This document shows, piece after piece, positions 1 through 8,644 of a stretch of 11,358 nt of DNA; the first letter of the stretch is position 1, and each line of letters opens with the position of its first letter. The stretch covers positions 1-11,358 of the forward strand of contig DATGZA010000095.1 in assembly GCA_035297365.1 (NCBI GenBank), written 5' to 3'. This stretch comes from Nitrososphaeraceae archaeon (GTDB taxonomy: Archaea; Thermoproteota; Nitrososphaeria; Nitrososphaerales; Nitrososphaeraceae). The notes beneath the pieces are model-generated. The model was not told the DNA's origin. It made no database searches and worked only from the letters and a program-made list of their open reading frames with translations. The translations under genes and the position numbers were made by a program.

Positions 1-935
1 CCAGAAGCTATGCGAATTTGTTGTTCAACAATGTCTACTCCTGTTACCTCCTCAGTTATGGGATGTTCTACTTGAATTCTAGCATTAATTTCCATAAAAT
101 AAAATCTTCCGTCTTTGTAGAGAAATTCTACCGTGCCTGCATTATTATATCCAATTTCATTAATTATCTTTATAGCCGTCTCTGTCATTTCATCTCTAGT
201 CTCTTTTGTTAAAATAGGGGAGGGTGTTTCCTCAATCAATTTTTGATATCTTCTTTGAATAGAACATTCTCTTTCTCCAAGATGAACTGTGCTATCATAA
301 TCTGCGAGTATCTGAACTTCTATATGCTTAGGATTTGCTAAATATTTTTCGAGATATAGTCTATCTGAACCAAAACTTATTTTTGATTCGTTTTTGGACA
401 ATAAAAAGAGATTAATTAACTCTTCTTGAGATCCTGCTATCCTTAGACCTCTGCCACCGCCTCCCTCCACTGCTTTAATGATTACTGGATATCCTATCCT
501 TTCTGCTACCTTAGATGCATGTTTATGATCCATTACTTCTTCTCCTTCAACCGTTTCAGCTACTTTTGATGCAATCTTTCTAGCTTGTACTTTGTCTCCT
601 GAAAGGGTCATTGCTTTGAATGAAGGGCCTATGAAAACTATGCCTTCTTTTTTACATGCCTTGACGAAATTATGATTTTCTGAAAGGAATCCATAACCTG
701 GGTGGATCATATCACAGTCTAGTTTTTTAGCGGCATCAATCACTTTATCAATACAAAGATAATTTTCATTGGGCATAAAACCCCCTATGTTAATTGCATC
801 GTCGCAATATTTTACATGTAAACACGCTTTATCTGCATCTGAAAAAACACCGTATGGTTCTATTCCAATTCTTTTGCAGGTTTTAGCTATCCTGATAGCT
901 ATTTCTCCCCTATTTGCTATTAGAATCTTTACCAT
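1..935 (-). CDS. accC: Biotin carboxylase subunit of acetyl-/propionyl-CoA carboxylase (5' part; runs off the window edge)
   Basis: Not in the ORF track because there is no stop in the window. Manual translation from ATG at 935 is open for 311 codons: MVKILIANRGEIAIRIAKTC...IHPGYGFLSEN...GYPVIIKAVEGGGGRG...HIEVQIL...ERECSIQRRYQKLIEETP...AGTVEF...FYFMEINARIQVEHPITEEVTGVDIV. These are diagnostic ATP-grasp biotin carboxylase motifs, and the gene lies downstream of a carboxyltransferase. Confidence 0.96.
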   Translation of the reverse strand, partial: MVKILIANRGEIAIRIAKTCKRIGIEPYGVFSDADKACLHVKYCDDAINIGGFMPNENYLCIDKVIDAAKKLDCDMIHPGYGFLSENHNFVKACKKEGIVFIGPSFKAMTLSGDKVQARKIASKVAETVEGEEVMDHKHASKVAERIGYPVIIKAVEGGGGRGLRIAGSQEELINLFLLSKNESKISFGSDRLYLEKYLANPKHIEVQILADYDSTVHLGERECSIQRRYQKLIEETPSPILTKETRDEMTETAIKIINEIGYNNAGTVEFLYKDGRFYFMEINARIQVEHPITEEVTGVDIVEQQIRIAS

Positions 936-1188
936 TTCGAAACCACATTTAAGAGATAATATAAAATAGTTAATAACGTTTGATTCATTTTTGTTATTTT
1001 ATAAACAGGGAAGAATTTAGATAAATTGAGGCATTTTTCTATTGTATTTATAAGAATTTATCATTTTTTTAACATATATTTTACCATTTTGCGCTTTTCT
1101 TTATCTCGATCTATTATTTCCTTTATTATGCATTAAGGAAACAGAAAAGGAATTAGGCTACCCTTAACTGTCTTTAGCTCATAAAATT

Positions 1189-2721
1189 TTAAACAGGAAT
1201 GTTGCCATGTTTTCTTTTTGATCTTTCTTCTCTTTTTCTATAAATGGCCCCGAGCGCTGATATTAGTCTGTATCTTGTTTCATTTGGCTCTATAACATCA
1301 TCCAAAAATCCTTTTGAAGCAGCTATATACGGATTACTAAATTTTATCCTGTATTTTTCTACTAATTCTGATTTTTTATCAAACGGATTTTGAGATTCTG
1401 CTATTTCCTTCTTCCATATTATACTACATGCCCCTTCAGCTCCCATCACTGCTATTTCAGCTTTAGGCCAAGCAAAGTTATAATCTGCACCTATATGTTT
1501 ACTATTCATGACGCAATATGCTCCTCCATAAGCTTTTCTTGTAATTACCGTAAATCTGGGTACCGTAGCCTCAGAGAAAGCATATAGGAGTTTAGATCCA
1601 TGACGAATTATGCCTCCCCATTCTTGATCAGTCCCTGGTAAAAAACCCGGTACGTCTACTAGAGCTAAGAGAGGAATATTAAAACAGTCACAAAAACGTA
1701 CAAAACGAGTTCCTTTATCACATGAATTAATGTCCAGAACGCCAGCTAAAACTTCTGGATTGTTAGCAACTATTCCGACAGGATTTCCATCAAGTCGGGC
1801 AAATCCAATTATTATATTGCGTGACCAATATTTTTGCACCTCTAGGAAAAACCCGTTATCTACAATTTTTTTAATTACAGTTTCCATATTGTAAGGTATA
1901 TTTGAACTAGAAGGAAGAATTGAATCAAGTTCTTCAACTCTCCTTGACGGATCGTCTTTAGAGTCAATTTTAGGTGGATTCTCTAGATTATTAGAAGGTA
2001 AAAAAGACAGAAGAGTTCTTAAAATCTTGAAACAATCTTGTTCATCCTCTGCAAGGAAATGAGCGACTCCACTTTTTACATTATGAACACCTGATCCTCC
2101 TAGCTCTTCAAAGGTTACATTCTCATTTGTAACTTCTTTGACAACATCGGGTCCCGTTACAAACATGAATGATGATTTAGTCATTATAATAAAATCAGTT
2201 ATCGCAGGCGAATAGACCGCACCACCAGCACAAGGACCCATTATCAATGAGATTTGAGGAACTACTCCAGATGCTTTCACATTTCTGTGAAAAATATTTG
2301 CATATCCTGCTAAACTATCTACTCCTTCTTGAATTCGTGCTCCTCCTGAATCATTTATTCCTATTATAGGAACTCCCTGTTTCAAAGCGAGATCCATTAT
2401 CTTACAAATCTTTCTAGAAAATGCTAATCCTAAGGATCCACCAAAAGTTGTAAAATCCTGTGAAAAAACATACATCAATCTATCGTCAATCATTCCATAG
2501 CCTGTAACTACGCCATCCCCGAGAATTTTTTTCTTGTCCATATCAAAGTCACTGCATTCATGAGTTACAAATGGATCAATCTCTGTAAAGGTACCGTGAT
2601 CAAAAATAGAATTTATTCTATCAAACGCATTCAATTTTCCTTTTTTTCGACGATCTTCTAATTTTTCCTTTCCTCCTGCAAGGAGGTGTTCTTCTCTTAT
2701 CTTCTCTAGACCCAAGTCCAT
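1189..2721 (-). CDS. pccB: Acyl-CoA (propionyl-/acetyl-CoA) carboxylase, carboxyltransferase beta subunit
   Basis: 510 aa with GDGVVTGYG, QDFTTFGGSLG, DSGGARIQEG, GPCAGGAVYSPA, DVPGFLPG, RKAYGGAY and C-terminal KHGNIPV. Confidence 0.96.
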   Translation of the reverse strand: MDLGLEKIREEHLLAGGKEKLEDRRKKGKLNAFDRINSIFDHGTFTEIDPFVTHECSDFDMDKKKILGDGVVTGYGMIDDRLMYVFSQDFTTFGGSLGLAFSRKICKIMDLALKQGVPIIGINDSGGARIQEGVDSLAGYANIFHRNVKASGVVPQISLIMGPCAGGAVYSPAITDFIIMTKSSFMFVTGPDVVKEVTNENVTFEELGGSGVHNVKSGVAHFLAEDEQDCFKILRTLLSFLPSNNLENPPKIDSKDDPSRRVEELDSILPSSSNIPYNMETVIKKIVDNGFFLEVQKYWSRNIIIGFARLDGNPVGIVANNPEVLAGVLDINSCDKGTRFVRFCDCFNIPLLALVDVPGFLPGTDQEWGGIIRHGSKLLYAFSEATVPRFTVITRKAYGGAYCVMNSKHIGADYNFAWPKAEIAVMGAEGACSIIWKKEIAESQNPFDKKSELVEKYRIKFSNPYIAASKGFLDDVIEPNETRYRLISALGAIYRKREERSKRKHGNIPV

Positions 2722-2743
2722 AAAAAAATATTAATATAAAAGG

Positions 2744-2754
2744 ATAAAAAGTTT
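2744..2754 (-). promoter_or_regulatory. Possible BRE/TATA element of pccB
   Basis: Minus strand AAAC-TTTTTAT, 23-33 nt upstream of the ATG at 2721. The AT-rich background makes this weak. Confidence 0.3.
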
Positions 2755-2960
2755 AATATATCTAAGAAATTTCATTATTGATAATGTTTTTGCTAACTCA
2801 TCTTGCTTTTAAGAAAAGAACTTTTAATGATTCTATTCTTTAATGCTATTGCATATCCAAATCAATTTCTATAAAAATAGGTCTGATTGAATTTGGATCT
2901 TGTATTGATCTAATATATGAAATTTTGAGTGATATCGTAAATGGACAATCTTTTTAAGAG

Positions 2961-2968
2961 TTATATAT
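2961..2968 (+). promoter_or_regulatory. Probable archaeal TATA box for the 2997 microprotein
   Basis: TTATATAT preceded by purine-rich AAGAG and ending 28 nt before the ATG at 2997, the spacing expected for a near-leaderless archaeal transcript. Confidence 0.5.
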
Positions 2969-2996
2969 CGCCTAAGTCATACTAAATCACTAAAAT

Positions 2997-3152
2997 ATGA
3001 CGCGGATCCGTTCTCAACATGAATTTAATGAAGTGACTGTTCACGATCCTGAAAGTGTCTGTCCCAAATGTGGAAATACAATATCACAAACCTGTAAAAT
3101 TTGTGGTTTATGTAAATATTGTCACGATCAAGTGGTAGAAAGGGAATATTAA
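2997..3152 (+). CDS. Small Cys-rich zinc-finger-like protein (51 aa)
   Basis: Manual translation: MTRIRSQHEFNEVTVHDPESVCPKCGNTISQTCKICGLCKYCHDQVVEREY*. Three CxxC motifs including CPxCG, and a TATA box at the correct distance. Shorter than any ORF in the track. Confidence 0.75.
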   Translation: MTRIRSQHEFNEVTVHDPESVCPKCGNTISQTCKICGLCKYCHDQVVEREY

Positions 3153-3231
3153 AGTAATTCTTTACCTTATAGAAGATAACGTTTCTTTGAATCAATATTA
3201 TACATTACGCTTAAATTTGAGTTTTTAACTA

Positions 3232-3894
3232 ATGATAAATATCAATCAAGACAATAAAAGATTCGAAAATAGAGAAGCAGCAGCTGTTCTACTTGTTAAT
3301 GAATTGAAAAAAATTATTGATAAAAAAGATTACCCAATTACGGTTTTTGCAATTCCTAGAGGCGGTATAGTCCTAGGTGACATTATAGCATCATCTCTGA
3401 AAGTAAAATTGGACATCATTATTTCAAAAAAAATAGGTTCACCAGATAACACTGAGCTTGCTATCGGTGCAGTCACTCATGATGGAAGTTTTTTTCCTAA
3501 CGAAGAGATAATTGAAAAGTTAGGTATTTCTCAAGAATATATAAAAAAACAAATAAGTAGTAAAGTTAAAGAAATCGAAACTAGGTTGAACAAATTCCGT
3601 GGAGATGATAGTTATGATCTAAAAAATAATACTCTCATTTTAGTTGATGATGGAATTGCTACAGGTGCAACTACCTTCGCAGCCATAAAATGGCTACGAA
3701 ATCAAAATCCAAAAAAAATAATTCTGGCAGTGCCTGTGGCACCACGAGATACTGCAAATTTAGTTTCCAAATTAGTAGACAAAACAATTATTTTAAGTAC
3801 GCCGTTGATTTTTTTTGCAGTAGGAGAATTTTATGATAACTTCTCAGAGGTAACTGATAATCAGGTGTTAGATATAATGTCAAAATATAGATGA
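3232..3894 (+). CDS. Type I phosphoribosyltransferase-family protein (Rv0571c/Rv2030c N-domain-like)
   Basis: FENREAA...AIPRGGIVLG...KKIGSPDNTELAIGAV; PRPP-binding loop ILVDDGIATGAT; ILAVPVAP; FFAVGEFYDNFSEVTDNQV. Confidence 0.9.
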   Translation: MININQDNKRFENREAAAVLLVNELKKIIDKKDYPITVFAIPRGGIVLGDIIASSLKVKLDIIISKKIGSPDNTELAIGAVTHDGSFFPNEEIIEKLGISQEYIKKQISSKVKEIETRLNKFRGDDSYDLKNNTLILVDDGIATGATTFAAIKWLRNQNPKKIILAVPVAPRDTANLVSKLVDKTIILSTPLIFFAVGEFYDNFSEVTDNQVLDIMSKYR

Positions 3895-3899
3895 AATAG

Positions 3900-3914
3900 G
3901 TCCTGTTAAGTTAA
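3900..3914 (+). repeat. IS6 terminal inverted repeat (downstream of the transposase)
   Basis: GTCCTGTTAAGTTAA, exact reverse complement of 4606-4620. Confidence 0.92.
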
Positions 3915-3943
3915 GACTATTATTTTACCTCCTATATTGAATA

Positions 3944-4565
3944 TTATTTTGTTTCTGATTTTAGTGTTAGAAATATGAATAATTTGATCCAATTGTACAC
4001 ATATGATAGATCACATTTTAAACTATTCTTGGTACAAGGATAGTAATCATCAAAACATTCAGTTCTGTTTTTGAAATACCGCACCACTCTTTCAATCCGA
4101 CTTTTCTTTAAAGGTGAATGTAATCGATGTTTCAGATTTAAAAAGTTACAGGCATGTTGAGAGTACCACGTACCACCATCATCTGTATACACAGTATGTT
4201 TTTCATACCTTGATACAAGTGATCTTATAAAATTCTCCGCTACAAACATGTTTCTCTTCTGAAATGTAGATTCCAATTACGGATCTGTATACTGGTTCAA
4301 TACAAATCCATAACCAAAAATGTTGACAACCAATCTGAATTTAGTTTCATCTATTATGAATGCAGAAATTCTTCTGTGCTTGTTATAAATGTGAGATGAA
4401 CCAAAACGTTGAATCCACTTCCTATAGCAACATAACTTCTTTTTTGATCCTTAAAAGGTTCCAGGGCTTAGATGTATTTCATAGATTGAGACCAAGAAAG
4501 TACAAATAAAGAGAATACATTATACTGATAGTGGATGTTCTATTTCTGACAAATCTCAATATCAT
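3944..4565 (-). pseudogene. IS6-family DDE transposase pseudogene
   Basis: From ATG 4565: MILRFVRNRTSTISIMYSLYLYFLGLNL* (premature TGA at 4479-4481). Fragments then follow in shifting frames: LEPFKDQKRSYVA / KWIQRFGSSHIYNKHRRISAFIIDET / IQIGCQHFWLWICIEPVYRSVIGIYISE / RNMFVAENFIRSLVSRYEKHTVYTDDGGTWY...IERVVRYFKNRTECFDDYYPC. The D-D-E context is recognisable, with about 4 frameshifts and 1 stop. ORF 3944..4276 is only the last fragment. Confidence 0.9.
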
Positions 4566-4605
4566 ATATTGTTAGAATACAACGTTCACAGCTATAGATC
4601 TTTCG

Positions 4606-4620
4606 TTAACTTAACAGGAC
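4606..4620 (-). repeat. IS6 terminal inverted repeat (upstream of the transposase)
   Basis: TTAACTTAACAGGAC, exact reverse complement of 3900-3914. Confidence 0.92.
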
Positions 4621-4826
4621 TAAAATAGCCATTTATGAATCACAAGTTAATGCAAAGCAATACAGTGTATTCGTTAGGGACAAATATTTACCATCATTCA
4701 TAAGCATTGTGATAGAATTACCAAAAATAAAATTGACAAAAAACAAAAAATATACGCGCAAATCATCGCCTTCGCTATATTACAGTCTAAAATCAACATG
4801 GTTAAAGTGGGAGATTAGAGTTTAGG

Positions 4827-5261
4827 ATGAAAGCGTATGATGTTATGTCGGTGGATATAATTTGTGCGAAGGCAAATGTAACTGTTATGGAGATAGCTAC
4901 AAGAATTGTCTTAGGTGTAGTTAACGGAATGCCTATTATAACTAATGATGGAAAGGTGATTGGAGTTATAACCACTATCGATTTACTACGTGCAATTAAA
5001 TCTGGTAAGGATCTAAAAATTACTACCGCAAACGAAATAATGACAGTTAATCCTATGGTGATAAACCAAGAGACAGAAGTTGATAAAATAATTGATATAA
5101 TGGATAAAAATAGCATTTCCATGCTTCCAGTTATTGAAAATGACGGAAGAATTATTGGAATTTGTTCTAGATCTGATATAATAAAAGAAATCTTGAATGA
5201 AAGATTTGTAACGATAGGTAGAAAAAGAACTGTTACTACTACTATAGGTGAAGGACTGTAG
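4827..5261 (+). CDS. Stand-alone CBS-pair (Bateman domain) protein
   Basis: MKAYDVMS...GMPIITNDGKVIGVITTIDLL and TANEIMTVNP...SMLPVIENDGRIIGICSRSDII form two tandem CBS motifs. Confidence 0.92.
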   Translation: MKAYDVMSVDIICAKANVTVMEIATRIVLGVVNGMPIITNDGKVIGVITTIDLLRAIKSGKDLKITTANEIMTVNPMVINQETEVDKIIDIMDKNSISMLPVIENDGRIIGICSRSDIIKEILNERFVTIGRKRTVTTTIGEGL

Positions 5262-5277
5262 ATGAAAGGTGAAAGTA

Positions 5278-5580
5278 ATGAAAAATATTACTAAAACAAA
5301 TCTCGAAGATTCGTACAAGGATATTAGAGGGATGGAAGATAAACTTTTCCGAGAACTTTGTTCTCGAGATTATCATTCTATGAAGACAGGCAATATTCCG
5401 ATCTTTGATATTGATGAGATTTATAAAAAATCCTTTAAGGGTGTACAAAGAGAATCTTTTAATAAATTTCTTGAGTGGTCAGAGAAGGAATCAGGATACA
5501 TTCAATTTCATATTGAAAATAAGATTTCACTCACTTTTCTAGGAAGAAATGCTTGTATGATCTCAAGGATTTATGGGTAG
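5278..5580 (+). CDS. Hypothetical protein (about 100 aa), possible winged-helix fold
   Basis: Directly follows the CBS gene. GGTGA (5268-5272) is an SD-like motif 5 nt before ATG 5278, favouring it over GTG 5269. The C-terminal half FNKFLEWSEKESGYIQF...KISLTFLGR resembles the wHTH helix-G-x-I...wing...LT-x-x-G pattern. Confidence 0.65.
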   Translation: MKNITKTNLEDSYKDIRGMEDKLFRELCSRDYHSMKTGNIPIFDIDEIYKKSFKGVQRESFNKFLEWSEKESGYIQFHIENKISLTFLGRNACMISRIYG

Positions 5581-5804
5581 ACTCTATTATTCTTCAATTA
5601 TTTCATTCTTTTTTTGAGAGTTTTGTTATTAATCAAATAGAAAATTGATACATTCATAAATTAATCCATAAACAAAGAATTGTGTTCAGTTAAGTACTTT
5701 TGATCTGTTACTTTTTATAATTTATCACCTGCCATATTTTACATCTCTTTTTTATTATATTTGTCTACGATTTCAATTCGTTTAATATGTTTTATTACAA
5801 TTGT

Positions 5805-8588
5805 TCATTTAAGGGTTTTTAAGAAAGGTATTTTACTATTAAATATACGAATAGTTAAAGTAGCACCAAAAACAGAAAGTAAGGAAACGAATAATGAAAT
5901 TAGCCATTCACTCAAATTTAACCTGTGTAGTCCAAAGATCTTATTAAGAGGTTCTACATCAACTGCAATGAATAATATACCTAAAGAGAGTAAAATAGCA
6001 CCTATTAGATATTTATTTATTATATGATTATTATCAACAAATCTCCGAAGTAACGATGAATAATTTAATACGTGCAAGATCTGTGTCATTCCAATGGTTG
6101 CAAAAACTAGAGTTTGTGCAACAATCCTTTCTTCGTCTGTATTTAGTGCCCAGAGAAAAATTCCAATTGTGCCTATGGTCATAAATAGAGATTGAATGAA
6201 TATGGAATACCACTCTTTTCTTGAAATTACCGGTTCGTTTTTGGATGGAAGACGCAACATCAATTCATCTCTGTTTGCCTTTTCTGCAGCAAGGGCTAAT
6301 GCTGGAAATGTATCTGTTACCATATTCATTAATAGTAATTGAAGAGGAAGTAAGGGGAATGGTAGTGATAGTCCTATCGCCAATAACATTATCATTATCT
6401 CACTTAAATTACACGATAATAGAAACATTGCAAATTTTCTTATATTGAATAAAATTAATCGACCTAATTCGATTGCATGGGTTATGGTATTGAAATTATC
6501 ATCTAATAATATCAACCCCGCAGACTCTTTCGCAACATCAGTACCTTTTTCTCCCATTGCTACTCCAATGTCTGCTTGTTTTAAAGCTGGAGAATCATTT
6601 ACCCCGTCCCCAGTCATTGCTACTATGTGTCCCTTTCTTTGTAGTGCTTCAACTATCTTTAATTTATATTCTGGAGTAGTTCTGGCGAAAACTCTTATTC
6701 TTTCAACTTTTTCTGCCAATTTATCAACAGATAACTTTTCTAATTCTTTACCTGTTATCATCATAAATTCGTCTGGAACATTGTTATCATTATTCCATAT
6801 TCCCAGTTCCTTTGCTATTGCTTTTGCCGTCAATGGATGATCTCCTGTTATCATCATTATTTTGATTTTAGACTTTTTAATAAAATCTATAGCATTCAAA
6901 ACTCCTGGTCTTACAGAATCATATAATGCCACTATTCCTAGTAGGATCGCTTCGTTCTGTATAATGAATTTGTAGTTGTAATTAATTTTACTACTATCGG
7001 ATTCAAGATCCATGAAGGCTATTAATAAGCTTCTATATCCTTGTAAAGTAATATCTTTGATTTTTTCAATTAATTTCTTCTTTTTTTCTTCGTCAAGGAC
7101 AATTACTTCGTCTTTTTCCATTATTCTTTTGCATAATGGAAATACTTCTTCCGGGGCACCTTTTATGCAAATTAATAATTTATTTTTTTTCCTATGCACT
7201 GTTATCATTCTCCTAGTCTTTGAATCAAACGGTTCTTCCCATATTCGAGGATATTCCTTTTCTAAATCCCTTTTCTTAAACCCCATCTTTTCTGAAGCAA
7301 CTATCAAAGCTCCTTCTGTCGTATCACCATTAATTTTCCAATGTATTCCATCAAAATATAATTCAGAATTATTGCATAATGTTATAGTTTGGAATAATAG
7401 TAATTGATTTTTATCTTCCGTCTTTTGTAAGTAATCATTCACGTTTTTCTCATTTGGTGGGGTTATACCCTTGTATATTTTCCCAGAAGGGTTAAAGCCG
7501 GACCCTGTGGTTTGTAAAATTGTGCCGTCACCTAGAATTATTTGTTTGACCGTTGGTTCGTTTAGGGTTAATGTACCTGTTTTATCAGTACATATTATTG
7601 TTATTGAACCTAAAGTTTCTGCACTTGCAAGTTTTCTAACCAAGGCATTTTTTTTTGCCATCCTCTTCACCCCCAATGCCAGTGCAATAGTAGCGATAGC
7701 AGGCAAACCCTCAGGAACTGCAGCAATAGCTAGAACTATGCCACTTAGAAATAAAGATCCTATCGGAAAATGTTGAAAATAACCTATTACTATATAAAAT
7801 ACTGTTATGGAAAGAATGACTATAACTAATTTTTTCCCGAGCTGTTCAATTTTTTTTTCAAATGGTGTTTTTCCGCCGGTTACCTTTTCTAAAAGAGATC
7901 CAATTCTTCCAATTTCTGTTTGTTTACCGATATTTACAACAATAGCCTTGCCTCTTCCTTCTTGGGTCATAGTTCCCATGTAACAGATATTTTTTCTCTC
8001 AACCAATTCAGTTTCATTGGAGCAAATTAAGCTAGAATCTTTTAGAATACCAAGAGACTCCCCTGTAAGCGGTGATTCATCTATAATCAATCCAAAAGAT
8101 TCTATTAATCTGCAGTCTGCTGGAATTCTATCCCCTGCTTCAAATTCAATTATATCTCCAACTACTAATTCATGGGCATTTATTTGGAATTCCTTTCCAT
8201 TTCTGAGAACCTTTGCTTTTGGTGATCCTAATTTTGCCAATGATCGAATAGTCCTTTCAGAACTATTTTCCATAACAAAACCAATTCCTGCAGTTATGAA
8301 GACTACCACGATTATTGATATGGCTTCTAGGTTCCTTCCCAGTGAATATGCAAGAATAGTTGCAATTAATAAAAATATTATTGGCAAATTTTTGAATTGG
8401 GAAAATAAAATACGAATTTTTGAGCGATGTTTAATTTCAGGTAGAATATTTTCACCATAAATTTTTCGTCTTTCTTTCACTTCTTGATCAGACAGACCTT
8501 CTGTTGAGCTACTACCCAACTTTGAAATGACATCCAGATCAGAAACCGCATGCCATAAACCAGATGTTTCTACCTTCTTATCGTACAA
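5805..8588 (-). CDS. P-type cation-transporting ATPase, P2A (SERCA/PMR1/CtpF-like, probably Ca2+/Mn2+)
   Basis: 927 aa from a TTG start. LTGES (A domain), AAVPEGL (TM4), phosphorylation motif DKTGTLT (D335), KGAPE, MITGDH, MTGDGVNDSPAL, TM5 SCNLSE, TM6 NMVTDTFPALAL. Confidence 0.95.
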   Translation of the reverse strand: MYDKKVETSGLWHAVSDLDVISKLGSSSTEGLSDQEVKERRKIYGENILPEIKHRSKIRILFSQFKNLPIIFLLIATILAYSLGRNLEAISIIVVVFITAGIGFVMENSSERTIRSLAKLGSPKAKVLRNGKEFQINAHELVVGDIIEFEAGDRIPADCRLIESFGLIIDESPLTGESLGILKDSSLICSNETELVERKNICYMGTMTQEGRGKAIVVNIGKQTEIGRIGSLLEKVTGGKTPFEKKIEQLGKKLVIVILSITVFYIVIGYFQHFPIGSLFLSGIVLAIAAVPEGLPAIATIALALGVKRMAKKNALVRKLASAETLGSITIICTDKTGTLTLNEPTVKQIILGDGTILQTTGSGFNPSGKIYKGITPPNEKNVNDYLQKTEDKNQLLLFQTITLCNNSELYFDGIHWKINGDTTEGALIVASEKMGFKKRDLEKEYPRIWEEPFDSKTRRMITVHRKKNKLLICIKGAPEEVFPLCKRIMEKDEVIVLDEEKKKKLIEKIKDITLQGYRSLLIAFMDLESDSSKINYNYKFIIQNEAILLGIVALYDSVRPGVLNAIDFIKKSKIKIMMITGDHPLTAKAIAKELGIWNNDNNVPDEFMMITGKELEKLSVDKLAEKVERIRVFARTTPEYKLKIVEALQRKGHIVAMTGDGVNDSPALKQADIGVAMGEKGTDVAKESAGLILLDDNFNTITHAIELGRLILFNIRKFAMFLLSCNLSEIMIMLLAIGLSLPFPLLPLQLLLMNMVTDTFPALALAAEKANRDELMLRLPSKNEPVISRKEWYSIFIQSLFMTIGTIGIFLWALNTDEERIVAQTLVFATIGMTQILHVLNYSSLLRRFVDNNHIINKYLIGAILLSLGILFIAVDVEPLNKIFGLHRLNLSEWLISLFVSLLSVFGATLTIRIFNSKIPFLKTLK

Positions 8589-8644
8589 CTGTATATTTTA
8601 TTTTGATTTTAGCATTCTAAGGTTAAAAAACATTTAGGTCATTA

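Larger units (their letters stand above)
3900..4620 (-). mobile_element. IS6-family insertion sequence, non-autonomous relic (721 bp)
   Basis: Perfect 15-bp TIRs GTCCTGTTAAGTTAA (3900-3914) and TTAACTTAACAGGAC (4606-4620), resembling IS6 ends (GG-nn-CTGTT). Flanking 8-mers TGAAATAG (3892-3899) and TAAAATAG (4621-4628) match at 7/8. Fragmented DDE transposase inside. Confidence 0.9.

Noticed and set aside
18-1587. Plus-strand ORFs 18..212, 769..969 and 1390..1587
   Set aside because: Antisense shadows of accC and pccB with no recognisable motifs.
3111-3125. CxxCH read as a c-type cytochrome
   Set aside because: No signal peptide or membrane anchor, and the motif is embedded in a multi-CxxC cluster that is better explained by Zn or Fe-S binding.
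4733-4818. Bacterial-like TTGACA at 4733 and mini-ORF MVKVGD* (4798-4818) upstream of the CBS gene
   Set aside because: No well-spaced -10 element, the host looks archaeal, and a 6-codon ORF is expected by chance.
4802-5448. Minus-strand ORFs 4802..5122, 5013..5318 and 5242..5448
   Set aside because: Antisense to the CBS and hypothetical genes; no motifs.
5761-8460. Plus-strand ORFs within the ATPase (5761, 6221, 6445, 7012, 7471, 8017)
   Set aside because: Antisense shadows of a strongly supported 927-aa gene.
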